64,000 nucleotides of DNA from the human T2T-CHM13v2.0 reference genome, Homo sapiens: the NCBI RefSeq assembly GCF_009914755.1, contig NC_060944.1. The stretch is one strand, 5' to 3'. Shown piece by piece: positions 57,414 to 64,000 of the stretch (position 1 is the first letter of the stretch; every line of letters begins with the position of its first letter). Below the pieces are notes generated by a model. That model was not told where the DNA came from and did no database searches. It saw only the letters and a program-made list of their open reading frames with translations. The translations under genes were made by a program, and so were the position numbers.

Positions 57414-58437
57414 ACTTACCTTCAGGAGGCAGCTGAAGAAGGGGATCTAATAAAGTAGTCTATGTATTCCTGGGCTTATCCCTGAAATAAGCATATATGC
57501 ATCCAATCCTAAACATATACCAAAGACTTTGAGAACTGAACTAGAGAACAGACAACCACCAAGATCCCAGGCTGGCCAATGGACAGTAAATATGCAGAAT
57601 ATATCTGACTAGCACCAGAAATCCTTTGAAAACTAAACTGATAATGAAACTGTAGCCCACAGAAAGTAGATCAAAACTTGTTGCCCAAAACTAAGTGGGT
57701 CAACTTCCTGGCTAAAAATAATAATAACAATCAGCATTCTATATAGGATTTAAACAAATATGAGACCCAGAGTCTCATACCATGATATTCCAATGGCCAG
57801 GATACAATAAAAAAGTACTCCACATATAAAGAATCAAGAAAAAGTTTAACAATTTCAGGTAAAAAACACAACAGATGCCAATGGCAAGAGTGTCTAGATA
57901 TTGAAATGATTAAACAAAGACTTTAAGGTAAGTATTATAATCCAAGAAGGCAAACAGCGTTGAAATGAATGAAAAGCTGAGAAGCCTCAGTAGAAAAATA
58001 GAAGCTATAAAGAAGAACCAAATTAAATTTGAGAATTGAGAAACACAATAACCAAAATTTTAAAATGTGGTTACTTGATAATAGCACAGTGGAAATAACA
58101 GAGTGAAAAATAACTGTTTTCAGTGAACTTGAAAACAGATTAATGGAAATTATCCAATCAAAAAAATGGAAAAAATGAACAGAGCCTCAGTAACCTACGG
58201 GGCAATACAGAAAGGTCTACTTTCATGTTATTGGTGTCCCAGAAGGACAGAGAAAAGCATGTGGTACAGAAAAAAGAAGTATTAAAAATATAATGGCTGT
58301 AAAATTCCCATAGTTTGTGTAACACACAAACTTGATTCAAGAAAATAAGCAAATCCTAACAGAATAAATGGAGAAATCCACGCTCAAGCATATTATAATA
58401 AAAATTGCTGAATGTTTAAGACAAATAAAAAAATCTT

Positions 58438-58728
58438 GACTGGACACAGTGGCTCATGCCTGTAATCCCAGCACTTTGGAAGGCTGAGGTAGGAGAATCA
58501 CTTGAGGCCAGGAGTTTGAGCCCAGACTGGGTAATATAAGGAGACTCTACTTCTACAGAAAAATTAAAAATTAGCTGAGTGTGGTGATGCATGCCTGTAG
58601 CCCTAGCTACTTGGGAGGCTGAGATGGGAAGATCATTTGAGCCCAGGAGGTCAAGACTACAGTGAGCTATGATCATGCCACTGCACTCTAGCCAGGGCAA
58701 CAGAGCAAGACTCTGAGTCTAAAAAATA
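58438..58728 (+). mobile_element. AluJ-like SINE
   Basis: Diverged dimeric Alu. Confidence 0.85.
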
Positions 58729-59116
58729 AGTCATCTCAAAAGCAGCCAGAGAAAAATAATGTATGACATATAGAGAAACAATTATCCAAATGACTGCAGA
58801 TTTCTCATTAGGAATCATGGAGGCCAAGAGGAGGTATAACAACATTTTAAAGAGATAAAAGAATTGTCAATCCAAAATGCTATATCCAGCAAAACTATCC
58901 CTCAGGAGTGACAACAAAATAAAGGCATTCTTGGATGAAGGCAAACTAAGATTTTGTCACCAGAATACCTGTTCTAAAAGAACTATTAGAAGTTCTTCAG
59001 AAGGAAAGGAAATAATACCAGAAGGAAACTTGGAACATGAGCGCTGAAGAAGGAGCAATAAGAATGGTAAATATCTGCATAAATAGATTGTCTTTCTCCT
59101 CTTAACTTTAAAATAA

Positions 59117-59464
59117 GCCAGGCACAGCGGCTCATGCCTTCAATCCCAGCACTTTGGGAGGCCAAGGCGGGTGGATGGTTTGAGGCCAGGAGTTAGAGAT
59201 CAGCCTGGCCAACATGGAGAAACCCCATCTCTACTAAAAATAAAATACAAAAATTAGCCAGGTGTGGTGGAGCATGCCTGTAATCCCAGCTACTCAGGAG
59301 GCTGAGGCACGAGAATCTCTTGAACCCGGGAGGCGGAGGTTGTGGTGAACCGAGATCTTGCCCCTGCCCTCCAGTTTGGGCAACAGAGAGAGACTCTGTC
59401 TCAAAAAAAAAAAAAAAAAAAGAAAGAAAGAAAGAAAGAAAGAAAGGAAAAAGAAAAAAAGAAA
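59117..59464 (+). mobile_element. AluS SINE with A/(GAAA)n tail
   Basis: Dimeric Alu. Confidence 0.9.
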
Positions 59465-61621
59465 TGACAGTTGAAAGCAAAAAGTTGTTATAACGTTGTT
59501 TGGCTGGGTTACATACAGAGGTAGTATGTATGAGAAATACATTATAATAGGAGGACCCAGGGACCCATTTCATGATAAGGTTACACGTAAGACCAGAAGC
59601 GGTAAAACATTGATTCTAGTAAATTGTAAAGTCATGTATGTATATTATAATCCCTAGAGCAACCACTAAAAACTATATACAAAGAGATATAGTAAAATCA
59701 CAATAGAAAATTTTTAATGGAATACTAAAAAGTATTCAAATACTCCAAAAGAAGCCAGGAAAGGGAAAATGCAGCAAAGAAAAACAGAGTTGAAAAAAAA
59801 AAACCCATAAAATAGTAGACCTAAATTCAAACTTATCAATAATTACAGTAAAGGAAAGTTGTCTAAACATACCACACACCAGTTAAAGGACAGAGATTGC
59901 CAGATTTGGACCAAAAAAAAGAAAAAAACAAGATTCAACTATAAGTGTCTACAAGAATTCCATTTTTAATATAAGGACATAGGTAGTTAAAAGTAAAAGG
60001 ATGAAAAATAATACACCATGGAAATACTAATAAAAAGAAAAGTCACTGGAGCGGCTCTGTTAATATCAGACAAAGTAGACTTTAGAGAAAAGAAAATTAC
60101 CAAAGATCAAGAGGGTTTTAAATAATGAAAAAGCATCAATCACAAAGAAGTCATAACACTCTTAAGAAGTATGTATCTAACAACAGACTTTCAAAATATG
60201 TGATGCAAAAACTGCTAGAACTGAAAAGAGAAATGAGCAAGCCCACAATTAGAGTTGGAGGTGTGAACGCTACTCACTCAGGAGCTGACAGGACAAGTAC
60301 AGAGAGAATAGCAAGAACAGAGAAGAACTGGACAACACCATCAGTGAACTCATCTAATTGACATTTGCAGAATACTCCATTCAAGCACAGCAGAATTCAC
60401 ATTCTTTTCAAATGTTGAAGGAACAGTCACCAAAATAGATCATATTCTGTGCCATAAAACAAACCCTAACAGTTTAAAAGAGTAAATCATCCTAAGAATG
60501 TCTCTGAACATAATGGAATTAAATTAAAAATTAACATAGGAAAATTATCTGGCAAATTCCCCTAACACTTAGAAATTTCTTAAAAAGACCTTTCTAAATA
60601 ATCCATAAGTCAGTGTGGAAGTCTTGAGGGAAATTACAAAATTTTTAACTGAAAGAAAATGAAAATACATCTCAAAGTTTGTGGGATGCGGCTAATGCAG
60701 TGTTCAGAAGAAAAGTGTATATCATTAAATAATTACATTTGAAAAGAAGGAGAGTGTCAAATCAACAATCTAAGATTCCACTTTAAAGAACTAGAAAAAG
60801 GAGCAAAATAAACCCAAAGCAATCAGAAGAAAGGAAATAATAAAGATAAGGCCAGAAATCAATGAAATTGAAAACAGAAAAATAATACAGAAAATCAATC
60901 AAACCAAAAGCTGTTTCTGTGAAAAGATCAATAAAATTGATAAACCTCTAGCCAGACTAACTAAGAAAAATAGAGAGAAGACACAAATTACCAATCTCTA
61001 GAGTAAAAGTATTGGAATATTACTACAGACCACACAGACATAAATGGATAATAAAAAATACTATGAACAAATCTATCCACTTAAATTTGACAACTTAGCT
61101 GAAATGGGCCTATTTCTTGAAAGCCACAAACTATCAAGACTCACCCAAGAAGAAATAGATGACCTAAATATTCCCATGTCCATTACAAAACCAAATTAAT
61201 ATTAATAGTTAAAAACATTCAATAATATAACTCCAAACTCATACATATGGTTTCAACAAAATATCAGCAAATCATGTACAGTCATGCACCACGTAACAAC
61301 CTTTTGGTCAATAATGGACCAAGTATACAACGGTGGTCTCATAAGATTATAGAGACGAAAAATTCCTATTACTAGTGGTGTTATAGCCATCCTAATGTCA
61401 TAGTGAAACACCTTACTAACATGTTTGTGTGGATGCTGGCATAAACAAGCCTATAGCACTGCCAATCATATTAAAGTATAGCAGTACAATTATGTACAGT
61501 ACATAACATGTGGTAATGATAATAAAAGACTATGTTATTGGTGTACATGTTCATTATGCTATATTTTTAATCCTTATTTTAAAGTGCACTTCTACTACTT
61601 ATTTTTAAAAAGTTAACTTTA

Positions 61622-61960
<339 letters not shown>

Positions 61961-62304
61961 TTAAAACAGCCTCAGGCAAATCTTTCAGGAAGTATTATAG
62001 AAGAAGGCACTGTTATCGTAGGAGATGACAGCTCCACACGTGTTATTGCCCCTGAACACCTCCCGCTGCAACAAGATGCGGAAGTGGAAGACAGTGACAC
62101 TGATGATCGTGACCATGTGTAGCCCTAGGCTAATATAGGTGCTATGTTTTAATTTTTAACAAAAAAGTTTTAAAAAATAAAAATTTTAAAAAAGTGAATA
62201 GAATGAAAATATAAAGAAAGAAAATATTTTTGCACAAACGTGCGATGTGTTTTAGGCTGTTATTTCAAAAGAGTCAAAAAGTTTTTTAAATTAAAAAGGC
62301 TATA

Positions 62305-62620
<316 letters not shown>

Positions 62621-64000
62621 TTACAGTGAGCTAAGGGTTAATTAATTATGGAAGAAAGAAAAATGATTTTTATAAATTTCGTAGCCTAAGTGTATAGTGT
62701 TTACAAAGTTCACAGTCATGTGCAGTAATGCCATTCACATTCACATTCACTGAACACTCACTCACTGACTCACCCAGAGCAACTTACAGTCCTGCAAGCT
62801 CCATTCATGAGAAGTGCCCTATACAGGTGTATTTTTTTTTAATCTTTTATACTCTATTTTTACAGTACCTTTTTTATGTTTAGAAATATTTAGATACACA
62901 AACACCATTGTGTTAAAACTGCCTGCAGCATTCAGTACAGTAACATATTATACAGGTTTGTAGCCTCAGAGCAATAAACTATACCATACATAATAGTGTG
63001 CAGTAGGCTATACCACCAAGATATATGTAAGTACACTCTATGATGTTCACACAATGATGAAATCACCTAACAGCACATTTCTCAGAACGTATCCTCATTG
63101 TTAAGTGATACATGACTGTGTACGTATGGATATGCAAATCACACACACACATACATGCACACACCCACCCATGCAAACACACACACACATACAAAATATA
63201 TGTCTTGGCCAAGTGAGGTTTATCTTGGGAGTACAATAACAGTTCAACACTTGAAAATCAACGTAATCTAACATATTAACATAGTAAGGAAGGAAACCAA
63301 ATAATCTTATTAATTGATGCAGAAAATGCACCTAACCACACTCAATATTCATCTATGTTTTTTTTTAAATGTCTCTCAGCAAACTAGGATTAAAAGGCAG
63401 CTTCCTTAACCTAATAAAGGGCATCTTCAAAAAGCCTACAACTAACATTATACTTAATGGTGCAAGAGGGAGCTTTTCCTCTGAGATTGGGACCCAGGAA
63501 AGGAGGTCCACTATCACCACTCCTTTTCCACATTGTACTGCAGGTCTTAGCCACTGCAATAAGTCACGAAAAGAAATAAAAGGCATACAGATAGGAAAGT
63601 AAGAAATAAAACTGTCCCTATTCCCAGACAATATATAGGAAATTCCAAGGAATCTAAAAACAAAAAAAGAATGAATAGGTAAGTTTAGCAAGGTCACAGA
63701 ATACAAGGTCAATGCATAAAAATTAATCATATTTTTGTATACCATCAATGAACAATTAGAAACGGGAAATTTAAAAATGGTACCATTTACAACAAACCCC
63801 CAAATTGTAAAATATTTTGGTATAAAACTAATAAAACATATATGGAATCTATATGCTGAAAACTACAAAACACTGATAAAAGACCTAAATAAACAGAGAG
63901 ACATACCATACTCATTGATTGAAAGACTCAACATAGTTAAGATGTCAATTCTCCCAAACTAATGCAATTCTAATCATAATCACAGCAGGAATTTTTCAGT

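Overview
Human genomic DNA (Alu/L1/LTR-rich) containing the complete prodynorphin gene PDYN on the minus strand. Non-coding exon 1 is at ~40190-40044 and exon 2 at 38776-38717. Coding exons 3 (29233-29089) and 4 (27091-~24889) splice to a 254-aa precursor with three YGGFL opioid cores (neoendorphin, dynorphin A, dynorphin B/leumorphin). Three copies of the 68-bp promoter VNTR point to a human rather than other-primate origin. Plus-strand splice and polyA signals at ~12474 and 53071-53660 fit the antisense lncRNA PDYN-AS1, which would carry all of PDYN inside one ~40.6 kb intron. Each of those two exons lies next to a near-perfect CTCF motif. A distal cluster 11.5-13 kb upstream of PDYN holds a paired AP-1 palindrome, a near-consensus REST RE1 and CTCF. 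The rest is interspersed repeats. This is a well-studied locus and I see no evidence for a new protein-coding system. The most promising leads are regulatory or architectural. Repeat subfamily names and literature links are from memory and need RepeatMasker or database confirmation.
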